Assembly: GCA_036556665.1 (NCBI GenBank)
Contig: DATBIX010000036.1
Location: 5,068 to 69,067, forward strand
From: Acidimicrobiia bacterium
GTDB lineage: Bacteria > Actinomycetota > Acidimicrobiia > Spongiisociales > ZC4RG35
DNA: 64,000 nucleotides
Direction: 5' to 3'
The notes under the pieces are model-generated. The model was not told the origin of the DNA. It was given only the letters and a program-made list of their open reading frames with translations, and searched no databases. This document shows, in pieces, positions 26,876 through 37,220 of this stretch (position 1 is its first letter; every line of letters begins with the position of its first letter). Position numbers and translations under genes: made by a program.

Positions 26876-28267
26876 ATGACGCCAGGTAGGAAGAGAGCGA
26901 TGCGGGGATGGTTCAGCCGTCTCCGTCCGACGGTGCAACGCCGTCTCAAGATCGCCGTGCCCTACTCACTGATGGGTGTCGGCGCCCTAGTCGTCTCCTA
27001 CCTCATCGCCGAGCCTCCCAGTTGGGGCTTCTGGGCACCCCTCGCCGCCCTCTTCGTCCTTCTCGAGTTCTTCGCCGTCGAAGTCAACGATCGGATGCTC
27101 CAGTCGGCATCGGTCATGGTGGCGATGACCGCGGGGGTGATCCTGGCGATGGAGCCGAGCTCCGATGCCATGTTCGGCATGGCATTGATGGGGGCCCTGG
27201 CCCTCTTCACCCCGGCCGACTTCAAGGAGAAGCGTTGGTTCCAGCCGCTGGCCAACTTCGGTCAGATCGTGACAGCGGGGGCGGTTGCCGGCTTCATCCT
27301 CGACTTCTATCTCGAAGGGGTGGAGGTGTCCACCGGGTCCCTGCCCCTGATCCTCCTCGTCTCGGCGGCAGCTGCCTTCGCCTACACCACGGTGCAGACG
27401 ATCTTGGTCCGACACGCGGTCAGGACAGTCTTCGGCCGGGACAATGTCGAACCGTGGTCACAGATGCCCATCCTGTTCACCGGCCAGGTGGCGATGGGTC
27501 TGCTCGGCGGGCTCATCGGCGCTGCCTATCTGATCGCCAACCGCGAGGCGATTCTCGTCTTCATCGCCGGTGTGTATGCCATCGGCCACATGTCCTTGTA
27601 CGCCTTCTCCCAGCTGCGTGAGTCACATATCGGCTCGATCCGTGGCTTCGTCAAGACCCTCGAGGCCAAGGACATGTACACCCGGGGCCATACCGAACGC
27701 GTCGCCGTGTTCGCTCAGATGATCGGCGAGGAGCTCGGTTTCACCGGCACCCAGCTCGAGACCATCCGCTGGTCGGCCCTGATCCACGACCTCGGGAAGC
27801 TGGCCGTGCCCACCGAGTTGATCCGGAAACGGGGCCGGCTCGACGACTCCGAGTACGCCGAGATGAAGAAGCATGCGCATCTGGTCGAAGAGATCCTCGC
27901 CGAAGTCGACTTCTTGCAGCCCATGGTGGAGATCGCCTCCGGTCATCACAGCAACTTCGACGGCTCGGGCTACGGGGGGAGGGGCCACATCGACGGGCAC
28001 GAGCCGAGTCTCGAAGCCTGCATCGTCGCCGTGGCCGACGCCTTCGACGCGATGACCTCGGCGCGCTCATACCGGATGGCACTCTCCCAGCAGTACGCCC
28101 TGGCCGAGTTGCGCCGCCACTCCGGAGGGCAGTTCCACCCCGAGGTCGTCGATGCCTTCGAACGAGCCTTGAACCGAACCGGGCGTCGCTGGGGAGCGCC
28201 TCATGTCAACGACGAGGAGATGGCGCGTCGCCTCGCCGAAGAGCCGGAGCTGACCCTCCGTGGCTAG
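26876..28267 (+). CDS. membrane-anchored HD-GYP domain protein (about 8 TM N-terminal domain)
   Basis: Motifs GHTERVAVFA, LIHDLGKLAVP, HHSNFDGSGYGG (a variant of HHExxDGxGYP), VADAFDAMTS.RSYR. The start could be the ATG at 26900. Confidence 0.85.
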   Translation: MTPGRKRAMRGWFSRLRPTVQRRLKIAVPYSLMGVGALVVSYLIAEPPSWGFWAPLAALFVLLEFFAVEVNDRMLQSASVMVAMTAGVILAMEPSSDAMFGMALMGALALFTPADFKEKRWFQPLANFGQIVTAGAVAGFILDFYLEGVEVSTGSLPLILLVSAAAAFAYTTVQTILVRHAVRTVFGRDNVEPWSQMPILFTGQVAMGLLGGLIGAAYLIANREAILVFIAGVYAIGHMSLYAFSQLRESHIGSIRGFVKTLEAKDMYTRGHTERVAVFAQMIGEELGFTGTQLETIRWSALIHDLGKLAVPTELIRKRGRLDDSEYAEMKKHAHLVEEILAEVDFLQPMVEIASGHHSNFDGSGYGGRGHIDGHEPSLEACIVAVADAFDAMTSARSYRMALSQQYALAELRRHSGGQFHPEVVDAFERALNRTGRRWGAPHVNDEEMARRLAEEPELTLRG

Positions 28268-29504
28268 TTGGAGCCGCCGCGCCCTGTCGGTGTCATCGTG
28301 GGCCTTCGCCTTTGTCATCGCTGCCGTCGGTGTCTTGGCCGCCTCGGTGGCCACCACCGATCCCATCGCAATCGCGGTGGCGGTGTCGGCATTGGTCGTG
28401 GCGTCGATGGTCGGGGTGGCCGCATCGAACTCGGGGAACCGGTTCACCACCGGATTGGCCGTGGCCGCAGCTGTTCCGTTCGTCTTCGGGGCAGGCGACA
28501 GCGTCGATCTCGCCGCTTCCATCGCCATCTACGGGATCGGCGAGGCCATCGTGTGGGCGCTCCGCCACTCCCGGGGCGAGGACAACCGTGAGCTCCTGCC
28601 GACGATGGTGCGCAGGTTCGTCGGCTACGTCACCTACGCCACCGTGTACACGGCTCTTCGGGTCGGCCCCTTCGCCGAGCTCTCCGGTGACTGGGCCGAC
28701 CTGCTCCCCTTCGCCATCGCCCTGGTGGCGTGGATCACGGTGGAGGTGATCCTGAGGGCGCTGCTGGTCTTGGGGAAGCGCGAGCTCTCCCGCACCTATC
28801 TGGCCAGGGCATTGCTCCACGACCTCAACGTCTTCCTCGGGCTAGCCATGACCGGTGCCCTGTTCGGAGAGCTGTGGCCCGATCTGGATTGGTGGGCCCT
28901 GCCCATTGCCCTGCTGCCCTACTCCTTCGCCCATCTCGCCTTCAAGCGCTTCCAACAGACCAAGGTCACCTACAAGCAGACCATTAGGGCCCTGGCCCGG
29001 ATCCCCGAGGTATCGGGGCTAGGCATCGATGGTCACGCCGACCGCACCACCGAGCTGGCGTCGGCGATCGCCAAGGAGATCGGCCTCGGCCCGATCCAGG
29101 TCGAGGACATCGAGTATGCCGGTCTCATGCACGACATCGGGCGGGTGAGCCTCAACGAGCCCCAGATCCTGCGGATGGGGTACAGCGACGACGACATCGC
29201 CCGCTGGAGCTCCGAGATCATCGCCGAGTCGCCATATCTCAGCCGGGTTGCCGAGCACGTCCGGCATCAGTACGAGGCGTATCGGAAACCCGGCGAGCAA
29301 TCGGACCCGGATGTGTCACCGGTATCGCGGATAATCAAGGTTGCCGCCGCCTACGACTGGCAGGTGCACAAGGACCATCTCTCGCCCCTCCAGGCGCTGG
29401 AGAACCTTCACGCCGGAGCCGCCTACGAGTACGACCCGGAAGTGGTCGCCTCGCTTCGTCGGCTCCTCCAGACGAGGGGGGTGCTCACCCCGGTGCGGGC
29501 CTGA
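28260..29504 (+). CDS. membrane-anchored degenerate HD(-GYP-like) domain protein (about 8 TM N-terminal domain)
   Basis: GHADRTTELA and LMHDIGRVSL are present, but the GYP motif is replaced (HVRHQYEAYRKPGE). The GTG start overlaps the upstream gene by 8 nt. Confidence 0.8.
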   Translation: MASWSRRALSVSSWAFAFVIAAVGVLAASVATTDPIAIAVAVSALVVASMVGVAASNSGNRFTTGLAVAAAVPFVFGAGDSVDLAASIAIYGIGEAIVWALRHSRGEDNRELLPTMVRRFVGYVTYATVYTALRVGPFAELSGDWADLLPFAIALVAWITVEVILRALLVLGKRELSRTYLARALLHDLNVFLGLAMTGALFGELWPDLDWWALPIALLPYSFAHLAFKRFQQTKVTYKQTIRALARIPEVSGLGIDGHADRTTELASAIAKEIGLGPIQVEDIEYAGLMHDIGRVSLNEPQILRMGYSDDDIARWSSEIIAESPYLSRVAEHVRHQYEAYRKPGEQSDPDVSPVSRIIKVAAAYDWQVHKDHLSPLQALENLHAGAAYEYDPEVVASLRRLLQTRGVLTPVRA

Positions 29505-29522
29505 CCAGCCCTCGAGCCCGGG

Positions 29523-30113
29523 TCAAGGCTTGCTGGCCGAGCCGGGCTGGGCATGGGCGCCCCGCTTGAAATAACGGCGAGGTCGACGGAGCTCCTGCTC
29601 GAGGAACCGGCCCAATCCGACGGCGAGGAACACGTCGCCCAGGCTGATCACCTGGCCGAGCGTCCCCAACCGCAGCGGGATCACATCGGCGAGCATGGTC
29701 AGCCGGGAGCTCTCGTCGAGGATCTCGTGCTTGAACGACCCGGAGAGGTCGGGCACGGTGACGGTGAACCCGCTGGCGACTTCGGCCGCCTCGGAGAGAA
29801 CCGGCATCCCGCCGTTGAGGGCGATCACGGTGAAGTTCATCAGGACCCCGAGACCGGCCAGCCACATTCCGGTCCGGCTCCGGTTGAGCAGGACCAGGAT
29901 CATCAGCAACCCGAACGAGGTGAGCACCATCGCGATGCCCAATCCCTCGGCCCAATCGGTCGCCGGGAGAAGCGACGTCCCGAATTGGAGACCGAGCGCG
30001 AGTATGAGAAGCCACCACGCTCTCAGCTCGATGTCGCCGAGATTGGTGATGCGACCGCCCCGGAGCACCGCTATGGCGAGGGCGATGAACAGTACGAGAG
30101 CCAGCCATAGCAT
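29523..30113 (-). CDS. polytopic membrane protein (DUF5317-like)
   Basis: ATG at 30113 (MLWLALVLFIAL..); GTG at 30146 is also possible. About 5 TM helices, then ..VISLGDVFLAVG.. The N-terminal 120 codons of the track ORF are spurious. Confidence 0.6.
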   Translation of the reverse strand: MLWLALVLFIALAIAVLRGGRITNLGDIELRAWWLLILALGLQFGTSLLPATDWAEGLGIAMVLTSFGLLMILVLLNRSRTGMWLAGLGVLMNFTVIALNGGMPVLSEAAEVASGFTVTVPDLSGSFKHEILDESSRLTMLADVIPLRLGTLGQVISLGDVFLAVGLGRFLEQELRRPRRYFKRGAHAQPGSASKP

Positions 30114-30161
30114 GAGGACTGACGGTAATAGGAGTGGCGCGAACACAGGAAAGAGCGCGAA

Positions 30162-30926
30162 TTGATCGAGTATGAGGCCGCCGGCTCGGGCCGGGCAACG
30201 ATCACCATCGACGACCCGGAGCGACGCAACCCCATGTCGGTTGCGGTCATGGAGGGGCTGGTCGAGGCGACCCGGCGCGCTCTCGGCGACCCCGAGGTCA
30301 GGGTGATCGTCTTCACCGGTGCCGGCGAGACCGCCTTCTCCGCCGGTGGGGATCTCTCGGGATCGTTCGTGGACGACGCCCTCGAGCTCCACCGTGAGCG
30401 TGGGGCGTTGGCCGATCTCTTCCGCCTCATGCGTCGCGGCGGAAAGGCGACGGTCGCCCGGGTGAACGGTCATGCCCTTGCCGGGGGTTTCGGTCTCGCC
30501 GTCGCCTGCGACGTCACGATCTGTGTGGACGATGCCCGGCTCGGCATGCCCGAAGTTGGCGTCGGGCTGTGGCCGATGATGGTCTCGGCGGTCCTGATGA
30601 GAGCCATGCCGCCGAAGGCGGTGCTGGAGCTGATGCTCACCGGGAGGACAATCGACCCACTCGAGGCTCAGCGGCTTGGAGCGGTCTCCCGGGTGGTGTC
30701 CCGTCCCGAGCTCGACCCGGCAGTCACCGAGACGGTCGAAGCTCTCGCCGCCCTGAGCCCTGCGGCCATCATGATGGGGAGGGACGCGCTGTACGGGGTC
30801 TCAGACCTCGGGTTCGACTCTGCCCTGGATCGTCTCCAGACGGGCCTCACCGCCATCGCCATGAGCGACGATGCCCGTGAGGGGATCGCCGCCTTTCTGG
30901 AGAAGCGCGAGCCGAGGTGGAAATGA
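30162..30926 (+). CDS. enoyl-CoA hydratase/isomerase (crotonase) family protein
   Basis: Motifs FTGAGETAFSAGGDL, VNGHALAGGFGLAVACD and EGIAAFLEKR.P.W. Confidence 0.88.
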   Translation: MIEYEAAGSGRATITIDDPERRNPMSVAVMEGLVEATRRALGDPEVRVIVFTGAGETAFSAGGDLSGSFVDDALELHRERGALADLFRLMRRGGKATVARVNGHALAGGFGLAVACDVTICVDDARLGMPEVGVGLWPMMVSAVLMRAMPPKAVLELMLTGRTIDPLEAQRLGAVSRVVSRPELDPAVTETVEALAALSPAAIMMGRDALYGVSDLGFDSALDRLQTGLTAIAMSDDAREGIAAFLEKREPRWK

Positions 30927-31618
30927 GCGAAGGCGCGAGGAGGCGCGTCCAGATACTCGGATGGGCCCTCATCTGGACAGGTGCCCTCATCTTCGGCTAC
31001 CTGGCCTGGAACCTGTTCGGCACCGACCTGGTCAACGCCCGCGTGCAGGCCGACGCGACCGTGTCGATCGAAGAGACCTTCAGCGAGACCCGGCAGTCAT
31101 TGCCACCCGCGGAGGAGGTGGAGATTGAGGACGGCGAATCGATCGCCTACTCGCCCGAGGACTCACCCGCCGAGGGTGTCGAGGTCGGCATCATGCGTGT
31201 CCCCAAGCTCGCCCTGCAGGCCGTCATCTTCTCGGGTGTGACCACAGAGACACTGAAGAAGGGCCCCGGGCTGCTCCCCGGGACTCCGATGCCCGGTCAA
31301 CCGGGCAACGTGGTCATCTCAGGCCACCGCACCACCTACGGTCGCCCGTTCTACGACTTCGATCTGCTCGCGCCGGGGGACAGGATCGAGGTCGAGACGG
31401 CCATCGGGACACATGTCTACGAGGTCAAGGACTCCTTCATCGTCGCCCCCGACGGCGTGTGGGTCACCGAGCACAAGCCCGGGGGCTGGCTGACGCTGAC
31501 CACCTGCAACCCCAAGTTCTCTGCTCGCGAACGGCTCATCGTCTCGGCAGAGATGATCGAGGGCCCCAATCTGGAGTACGTGCGGGCCCTCGAGGAGCGT
31601 ATGGAGCGGATTGCCTAG
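30923..31618 (+). CDS. class E-like sortase
   Basis: The ATG at 30923 overlaps the crotonase stop (ATGA). N-terminal TM helix. Catalytic motifs VISGHRTTYG, LTLTTCNP and ARERLIV. Confidence 0.85.
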   Translation: MSEGARRRVQILGWALIWTGALIFGYLAWNLFGTDLVNARVQADATVSIEETFSETRQSLPPAEEVEIEDGESIAYSPEDSPAEGVEVGIMRVPKLALQAVIFSGVTTETLKKGPGLLPGTPMPGQPGNVVISGHRTTYGRPFYDFDLLAPGDRIEVETAIGTHVYEVKDSFIVAPDGVWVTEHKPGGWLTLTTCNPKFSARERLIVSAEMIEGPNLEYVRALEERMERIA

Positions 31619-32124
31619 TCGAGCTTCTCGGCGAGGGTCGCCTCGGTGAGGATCCCGTTGTAGACCTCGGTGACCATCCCGTCGGCATCGAGGAAATAGG
31701 TGACCGGCAGGCCGAAGTTGGGATAGGACGCCTCGAACTTCGCATCGCCGTGCGCAAGCGGGTAGGAGGGGCGGAGCTCCGCCCCGAGCAGGATCGACTC
31801 CTCGGCGACGTCCTCGACGGCCACCCCGAGTATCGCGACAGAGGGATGAGATGAGGCATAGTCGGACAGGGCCGGGATCTCGTCGCGGCAAGGGGCACAC
31901 CACGAGGCCCAGAGATTCAGCACCAGGGGGCGCCCATCCTCGGTGACGTGCTCGGAGAGGGTGAAGGTACCTCCCTCGAGAAGCTCCACCGTGAAGTCGG
32001 GAGCGGGCTCGCCCGGGGTCGCCACGTCGTCGCGGTCGAAGACCCAGGCCAGCGTCAGACCCACCGCCAGGACAGCGAGGAAGACACCGGTGAGGAGGAA
32101 CCGCCGGCCCGGAAGCGGCCCCAC
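31615..32124 (-). CDS. TlpA/ResA-like thiol-disulfide oxidoreductase (membrane-anchored thioredoxin fold)
   Basis: TM anchor plus the motif LNLWASWCAPCRDEIP (CxxC). Confidence 0.85.
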   Translation of the reverse strand: MGPLPGRRFLLTGVFLAVLAVGLTLAWVFDRDDVATPGEPAPDFTVELLEGGTFTLSEHVTEDGRPLVLNLWASWCAPCRDEIPALSDYASSHPSVAILGVAVEDVAEESILLGAELRPSYPLAHGDAKFEASYPNFGLPVTYFLDADGMVTEVYNGILTEATLAEKLD

Positions 32125-32128
32125 AGGC

Positions 32129-34861
32129 TCAGGCAGTGGCCATTCTCCTCAACACGTAGTGGAGGATGCCACCGTTGCGCAGGTACTCGACCTCGATCGG
32201 GGTGTCGACCCGGGCCGTGGTGAGGAACTCCGTGACCTCTCCGTCGCCTCTGGTGGCCCGGACCACGATTGGTTGACGGGGCTGGAGGGTGTCGTCGATG
32301 ACGACATCGAAGGTCTCGGTCCCGTCGAGGCCCAGCGACGCGGCGCTCTCACCGTGTCTGAAAGTGAGAGGCAGCACTCCCATCATCACCAGGTTGGAGC
32401 GGTGGATCCGCTCGAATGTCTCCGCTAGCACTGCCTTGACTCCGAGCAGGAAGGTTCCCTTGGCGGCCCAATCCCGCGAGGAGCCCATCCCGTAATCGCG
32501 ACCGGCGAGCACCACGAGGGGGGTGCCCTCCTCCTGGTAGTGCATGGCCGCGTCGTAGATCGACTTGACCTGGCCGTCGAGGAAGTCGGTGGTCCAGCCC
32601 CCTTCCAGGCCGGGTGCCAGCTCGTTGCGCACCCTGATGTTGGCGAAGGTACCCCTGGTCATGACACGATCGTTTCCCCGTCTCGACCCGTAGGAATTGA
32701 ACATGGCGGGTTGAACACCCCGTGAGACCAGATAGGTCCCGGCCGGGCTGGTGGGAGAGATGGAGCCGGCCGGGCTTATGTGGTCGGTGGTGACCGAGTC
32801 GCCGAGCTTGACCAATGCCCGGGCCCCCTCGATAGGGGCGAGGGGGGTGGTCGACGCGGTCAGGTCTGCGAAGAATGGTGGCTCCTGGATGTAGGTCGAG
32901 TTCTCGTCCCATTGGTAGAGGTCAGAGCCGGCGACGGTGATGGCACGCCACTCGTCGGACCCGGTGAACACGTCCGAGTACTTCTCCACGAACTGACCCT
33001 GGTTGACGTGGCCGGCCACCATCTCGGATACCTCCTCCTGGCTGGGCCAAAGCTCGCGGAGGAACACCTCGACGCCGTCCCGGTCCCGTCCGATCGGCTC
33101 GGTCAGAGGATCCCAGTCCACCGTCCCGGCGATGGCATAGGCGACGACCAGCGGCGGGGAGGCGAGGTAGTTGGCCCGAACGTCAGGCGAGATCCGTCCT
33201 TCGAAATTCCGGTTTCCGGACAGGACGGAGGCGGCGACGAGACCGTTCTCGTTGATCGCCTTCGAGATCGGCTCGGGGAGTGGGCCTGAGTTCCCGATGC
33301 AGGTGGTGCAGCCGTAACCCACGACGTAGAAGCCGAGCGCTTCCAGGTCCTCGAGAAGCCCCGACCCGGTCAGGTACTCGGTCACCACTTTGGACCCGGG
33401 GGCGAGCGAGGACTTGACCCACGGCTGCCGCTGCAACCCGCGTTCCCTTGCCTTGCGCGCCACCAGCCCCGCACCGATCATCACATCCGGGTTCGAGGTG
33501 TTGGTGCACGACGTTATGGCGGCGATGACGACATCACCGTCGGACAGATCGAACCTGGCCCCCTCGTACTCGACCTCGATTCCCGTCTTGGCCTTCAGAG
33601 CACCGGCCGCGGCGGGAAGACCGCCCTCGTCCTCCCAGCTCACCACGGTGGAAACCCTCGCCCCACCGTTCTTGCCGAACAGGTTGGTGAGGTCGGATCG
33701 CCACTGGGTCTCCATGGCGGAGAGGGCGATCCGATCCTGCGGCCGCCGCGGCCCTGCCAACGACGGCTCCACCGTGGACATGTCCAGCTCGAGCTCCGAC
33801 GTAAAGCCGATCTCCCGGCTGTCGTCCCGCCACAGCCCCTGAGTCTTGTAGTACTGCTCGACGGTGTCGATCAGCTTGTCGTCACGTCCGGTGAGCCGGA
33901 GATAGCGCAGTGTCTGGTCATCGACCGGGAAGAAGCCAACGGTGGCTCCGTACTCGGGGGCCATATTGGCGATGGTGGCCCGATTGGCCACCGGCATCTC
34001 GTCCAGACCGGGACCGTGGAATTCGACGAACTTGTCCACCACCCCGTGCTCGCGCAACATCTCGGTGACCCGCAGCACCAGGTCGGTGGCGGTGGCGCCT
34101 TCGGGGAGCCGCCCGGTCAGGCGGAATCCGACCACGTCGGGTAGAAGCATGTAGATCGGCTGCCCCACCATGGCCGCCTCGGCTTCGATCCCGCCCACCC
34201 CCCAGCCGACCACGCCCAGGCCGTTGATCATCGTGGTGTGGCTGTCGGTCCCGACGAGGCTGTCCGGATAGAGCCAACGGCCATCGTCCCAGACCACCTT
34301 GGCCAGGTACTCGAGGTTCACCTGGTGCACGATCCCGGTGGCAGGGGGGACCACCCGGAAGTTGGCGAAGCCGCTCTGGCCCCATTTGAGGAACTCGTAC
34401 CGCTCCTGGTTCCTCTCGAACTCCTTGCGTGAGTTGATGACGAGGGCATCGGGGCGGGCGAATGCGTCTACCTGGACCGAGTGGTCCACGACCAGGTCGG
34501 CCGGGATCAGCGGGTTCACCTTCTGGGCAGCGCCTTCGTCCCCGGTCATGCGCACGATGGCGGCGCGCATCGCCGCCAGATCGACCACGGCGGGGACACC
34601 GGTGAAGTCTTGGAGCACCACCCGGCCCGGTACGAAGGGGATCTCGCTCTCGCCGACCTGCGAAGCGTCATACGCGGCAATCCGTCGAACGTCCTCGTCG
34701 AACACCGACCTTCCGTCGCGGTGGCGCAGGGCCGACTCGAGCAAGACCTTGATCGAATAGGGAAGGCGATCCGTTCCCTCCACGGCATCGAGCCGGGCAA
34801 TCTCCCGGGCCCCGAGCGGGGTGTCGATGGTGGTCTGGGCCCGGAACGGGTCGGCGGGCAT
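32129..34861 (-). CDS. acnA: aconitate hydratase AcnA
   Basis: 910 aa. Motifs [34 protein letters not shown] and SSRDWAAKG. Confidence 0.95.
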   Translation of the reverse strand: MPADPFRAQTTIDTPLGAREIARLDAVEGTDRLPYSIKVLLESALRHRDGRSVFDEDVRRIAAYDASQVGESEIPFVPGRVVLQDFTGVPAVVDLAAMRAAIVRMTGDEGAAQKVNPLIPADLVVDHSVQVDAFARPDALVINSRKEFERNQERYEFLKWGQSGFANFRVVPPATGIVHQVNLEYLAKVVWDDGRWLYPDSLVGTDSHTTMINGLGVVGWGVGGIEAEAAMVGQPIYMLLPDVVGFRLTGRLPEGATATDLVLRVTEMLREHGVVDKFVEFHGPGLDEMPVANRATIANMAPEYGATVGFFPVDDQTLRYLRLTGRDDKLIDTVEQYYKTQGLWRDDSREIGFTSELELDMSTVEPSLAGPRRPQDRIALSAMETQWRSDLTNLFGKNGGARVSTVVSWEDEGGLPAAAGALKAKTGIEVEYEGARFDLSDGDVVIAAITSCTNTSNPDVMIGAGLVARKARERGLQRQPWVKSSLAPGSKVVTEYLTGSGLLEDLEALGFYVVGYGCTTCIGNSGPLPEPISKAINENGLVAASVLSGNRNFEGRISPDVRANYLASPPLVVAYAIAGTVDWDPLTEPIGRDRDGVEVFLRELWPSQEEVSEMVAGHVNQGQFVEKYSDVFTGSDEWRAITVAGSDLYQWDENSTYIQEPPFFADLTASTTPLAPIEGARALVKLGDSVTTDHISPAGSISPTSPAGTYLVSRGVQPAMFNSYGSRRGNDRVMTRGTFANIRVRNELAPGLEGGWTTDFLDGQVKSIYDAAMHYQEEGTPLVVLAGRDYGMGSSRDWAAKGTFLLGVKAVLAETFERIHRSNLVMMGVLPLTFRHGESAASLGLDGTETFDVVIDDTLQPRQPIVVRATRGDGEVTEFLTTARVDTPIEVEYLRNGGILHYVLRRMATA

Positions 34862-34897
34862 GGGTGCCTTTCGGTGTGGAATCTTCTACGCGAAAGG

Positions 34898-35293
34898 TTA
34901 ACGACGGGAAGAGGTTCCGACGCCAGGGCATGGCGTCGAAACACCGCTCATCTTTCCCGAGCAGCCAATCGACTCGATCCTGAGTGCGTCAGAAGCCATG
35001 GCACTGAGCGCCATCGAGACACCGACAACGGTGAGGCCGATGACGGCCACTGCCCTAGACCCGATGTTGTCGATGAGCTTGCCCGAGAGCGGGGCAGAGA
35101 GGCCGTACACCAGCAGGCCGACGGAGACGGCCAGAGAGACGGTGGACCGATCCAAGCCGACATCCGACTCGATGGGAAGGAGGAAGACGCCGGGGGCCGA
35201 GCGGACACCGGCCGACAACAGGACGGCGGCGCCGGCCACGAGGACGACCACCAAGTGAATCCGGCCGAGCCTTGGTCGGGTCTGCGCTGACAT
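34898..35293 (-). pseudogene. N-terminal remnant of an MFS transporter (about 3 TM helices, then non-membrane tail)
   Basis: RIHLVVVLVAGAAVLLSAG.......STVSLAVSVGLLVYGLSAPLSGKLIDNIGSRAVAVIGL is a typical MFS TM1-TM3 with the G.L.D..G.R loop. The ORF ends 36 nt before the acnA start, so there is no room for the remaining 9 or more helices. Confidence 0.5.
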
Positions 35294-35357
35294 CGCGGGC
35301 CGCTTCGAGGGTCCCCGGGTCAGGCCGCACCGGCCAAGCGGGCCATCTCCTCGCCCG

Positions 35358-36068
35358 CTACCTGATGGTGACCGGGACCTGGGTGACGCAGTCCTCGTCG
35401 AGGGCCGTGTGGGGGATGATGACCGGGTTGCACTCGTAGGAGAGCGCCCCGAACATCCCGGCGACGATGCCCCGGTCGAGAGAGCAGATCACCTCGGGAT
35501 GGCTGGTGGCCGCCTCGCCAAACGGGCAATGCGAGGTGAGGAGACGTTGGCCTTCGACGTCGGGGTCGACCGAGAACCCGAGACCGGTCATGGCGCTCGC
35601 AACGGCCCGGACCGCTTCGTCGTAACCCGGCTCGTCTCCCATCCCGATCTCTGCAGCCAGCTCCTCGCCATAACGCCGCCCCACCGACTCTGCCACCTGG
35701 CCCAGGTTCTCCGGGGCGACCTCGTCGAGGACCCTGATCAGCATCTCGACCAGCATCTCGAATCGGCGCGGGGTGAAATGGACCGAGACCTCCTTGGCCG
35801 TCGCCTCGTAGGTCTTGGCCGGCCGGCCCGCTCCAGGGCCACCCGTGCCGGGGGATCGCTGGTGGCTCACCTTCAGATATCCGTCGTCCGCCAGCCGGTC
35901 GAGGTGGTGGCGGGCCACGTTGGGATGGAGGCCGAAGAGACGGGCGACGTGAGAGGTGGTCATCGGCTCGGCCGACTCACGGACCGCTATGTAGATGGCC
36001 CGGCGGGTCGGGTCGCCAAGCGACGAGGTGAGATCAGAGATCCGTGCTTCGAGGGTCTTGGTGTCCAT
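35358..36068 (-). CDS. ArsR-type wHTH regulator of the SufR/COG2345 type (C-terminal Cys cluster)
   Basis: wHTH DPTRRAIYIAVRE..MTTSHVARLFGLHPNVARHHLDRLADDGYL. C-terminal cysteines SHCPF...EVICSLD...YEC. Divergent from mrp. Confidence 0.7.
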   Translation of the reverse strand: MDTKTLEARISDLTSSLGDPTRRAIYIAVRESAEPMTTSHVARLFGLHPNVARHHLDRLADDGYLKVSHQRSPGTGGPGAGRPAKTYEATAKEVSVHFTPRRFEMLVEMLIRVLDEVAPENLGQVAESVGRRYGEELAAEIGMGDEPGYDEAVRAVASAMTGLGFSVDPDVEGQRLLTSHCPFGEAATSHPEVICSLDRGIVAGMFGALSYECNPVIIPHTALDEDCVTQVPVTIR

Positions 36069-36137
36069 GAGGGGTATCGACCGCCCAAAACTATAGTTGG
36101 CAGGGTCTTCTAACCACTGTGGCCGTAGGGGAAATCG

Positions 36138-37220
36138 ATGGCTCCCAACTCAGAAGTCTTCGACGCTGTCGCGTCCGTCGAGGCCCCCCTGTTGGTGGGT
36201 CGGAGTCTCGGTAGCCTGGGCCTGCTCAAGGCAGCGGAGAAGAAGGTCACCGGGAGGATCCGGGTCGACCTGCTCCTGCCGGCGGCCGGCCCCGACGAGA
36301 GTCTCAACGATCGGCTGCAGCAAGCCCTGGCGCCGTATGGCCGCGGGGCGGATGTGACCATAGAAGTGATGTCCGACGACGAGGCCCGGGATTGGATCGA
36401 AGCCCTCAAGGCCGAGGCCGGGCCCGGACTGGGAGAGCCCGGCTCGGCGACCAGGGTGATCGCCGTCTCGTCGGGTAAGGGAGGCGTAGGCAAGTCGTCG
36501 GTATCGACCAACCTGGCGGTGGCCCTCGCCCGCTCCGGCCACAGGGTCGGCATAGTCGACGGTGACATCTGGGGCTTCTCGATCCCCCGCATGTTGGGCG
36601 TCCTCCGGCCGCCGGTCCTGGTCGGGGAGTCGATCCTCCCGCCTACCGCCTATGGAGTCAAGGTGATGTCGATGGACTACTTCGTAGGGGACGACAAAGC
36701 GGTCATCTGGCGGGGCCCGATGCTGCACCGCGCCATAGAGCAGTTCCTCAAAGACGTCTTCTGGGACGAACTCGACTACCTGATCGTCGACATGCCGCCC
36801 GGCACCGGTGACATCGCCATCTCCATGTCCCAGTTCCTCCCGCGAGCGCAGGTGCTGATCGTGACCACACCACAGCCCACCGCCCAGCGGGTGGCCCGTC
36901 GGGCGGCGCTCATGGCCGCCGAGGTCGACCAACAGGTGATAGGGGTGGTGGAGAACATGGCCTGGTTCACCGGTGACGATGGGAAGCGCTACGAGCTGTT
37001 CGGCGCTGGAGGAGGACAGTCCCTCGCCGCCGAGCTGGGTGTCGATCTCATGGCGAGGATCCCGCTGTTGCCGGCGATGGGCCGTGGAGCCGACGAAGGG
37101 CACCCGGTGTCGGTCGCTGCTCCCGGGTCCGAAGCCGCCGCTGCCTTCGACGAGCTGGCCACGGCCGTGGCGGCGAAGAAGCCACGAGTGAGGACCAATC
37201 CCGCCCTGGTGATCAGGTGA
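36138..37220 (+). CDS. mrp: Mrp/NBP35 (ApbC) family Fe-S cluster carrier ATPase
   Basis: DUF59-like N-terminus. Deviant Walker A VSSGKGGVGKSSVS. Motifs DMPPGTGD and VENM. Confidence 0.9.
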   Translation: MAPNSEVFDAVASVEAPLLVGRSLGSLGLLKAAEKKVTGRIRVDLLLPAAGPDESLNDRLQQALAPYGRGADVTIEVMSDDEARDWIEALKAEAGPGLGEPGSATRVIAVSSGKGGVGKSSVSTNLAVALARSGHRVGIVDGDIWGFSIPRMLGVLRPPVLVGESILPPTAYGVKVMSMDYFVGDDKAVIWRGPMLHRAIEQFLKDVFWDELDYLIVDMPPGTGDIAISMSQFLPRAQVLIVTTPQPTAQRVARRAALMAAEVDQQVIGVVENMAWFTGDDGKRYELFGAGGGQSLAAELGVDLMARIPLLPAMGRGADEGHPVSVAAPGSEAAAAFDELATAVAAKKPRVRTNPALVIR

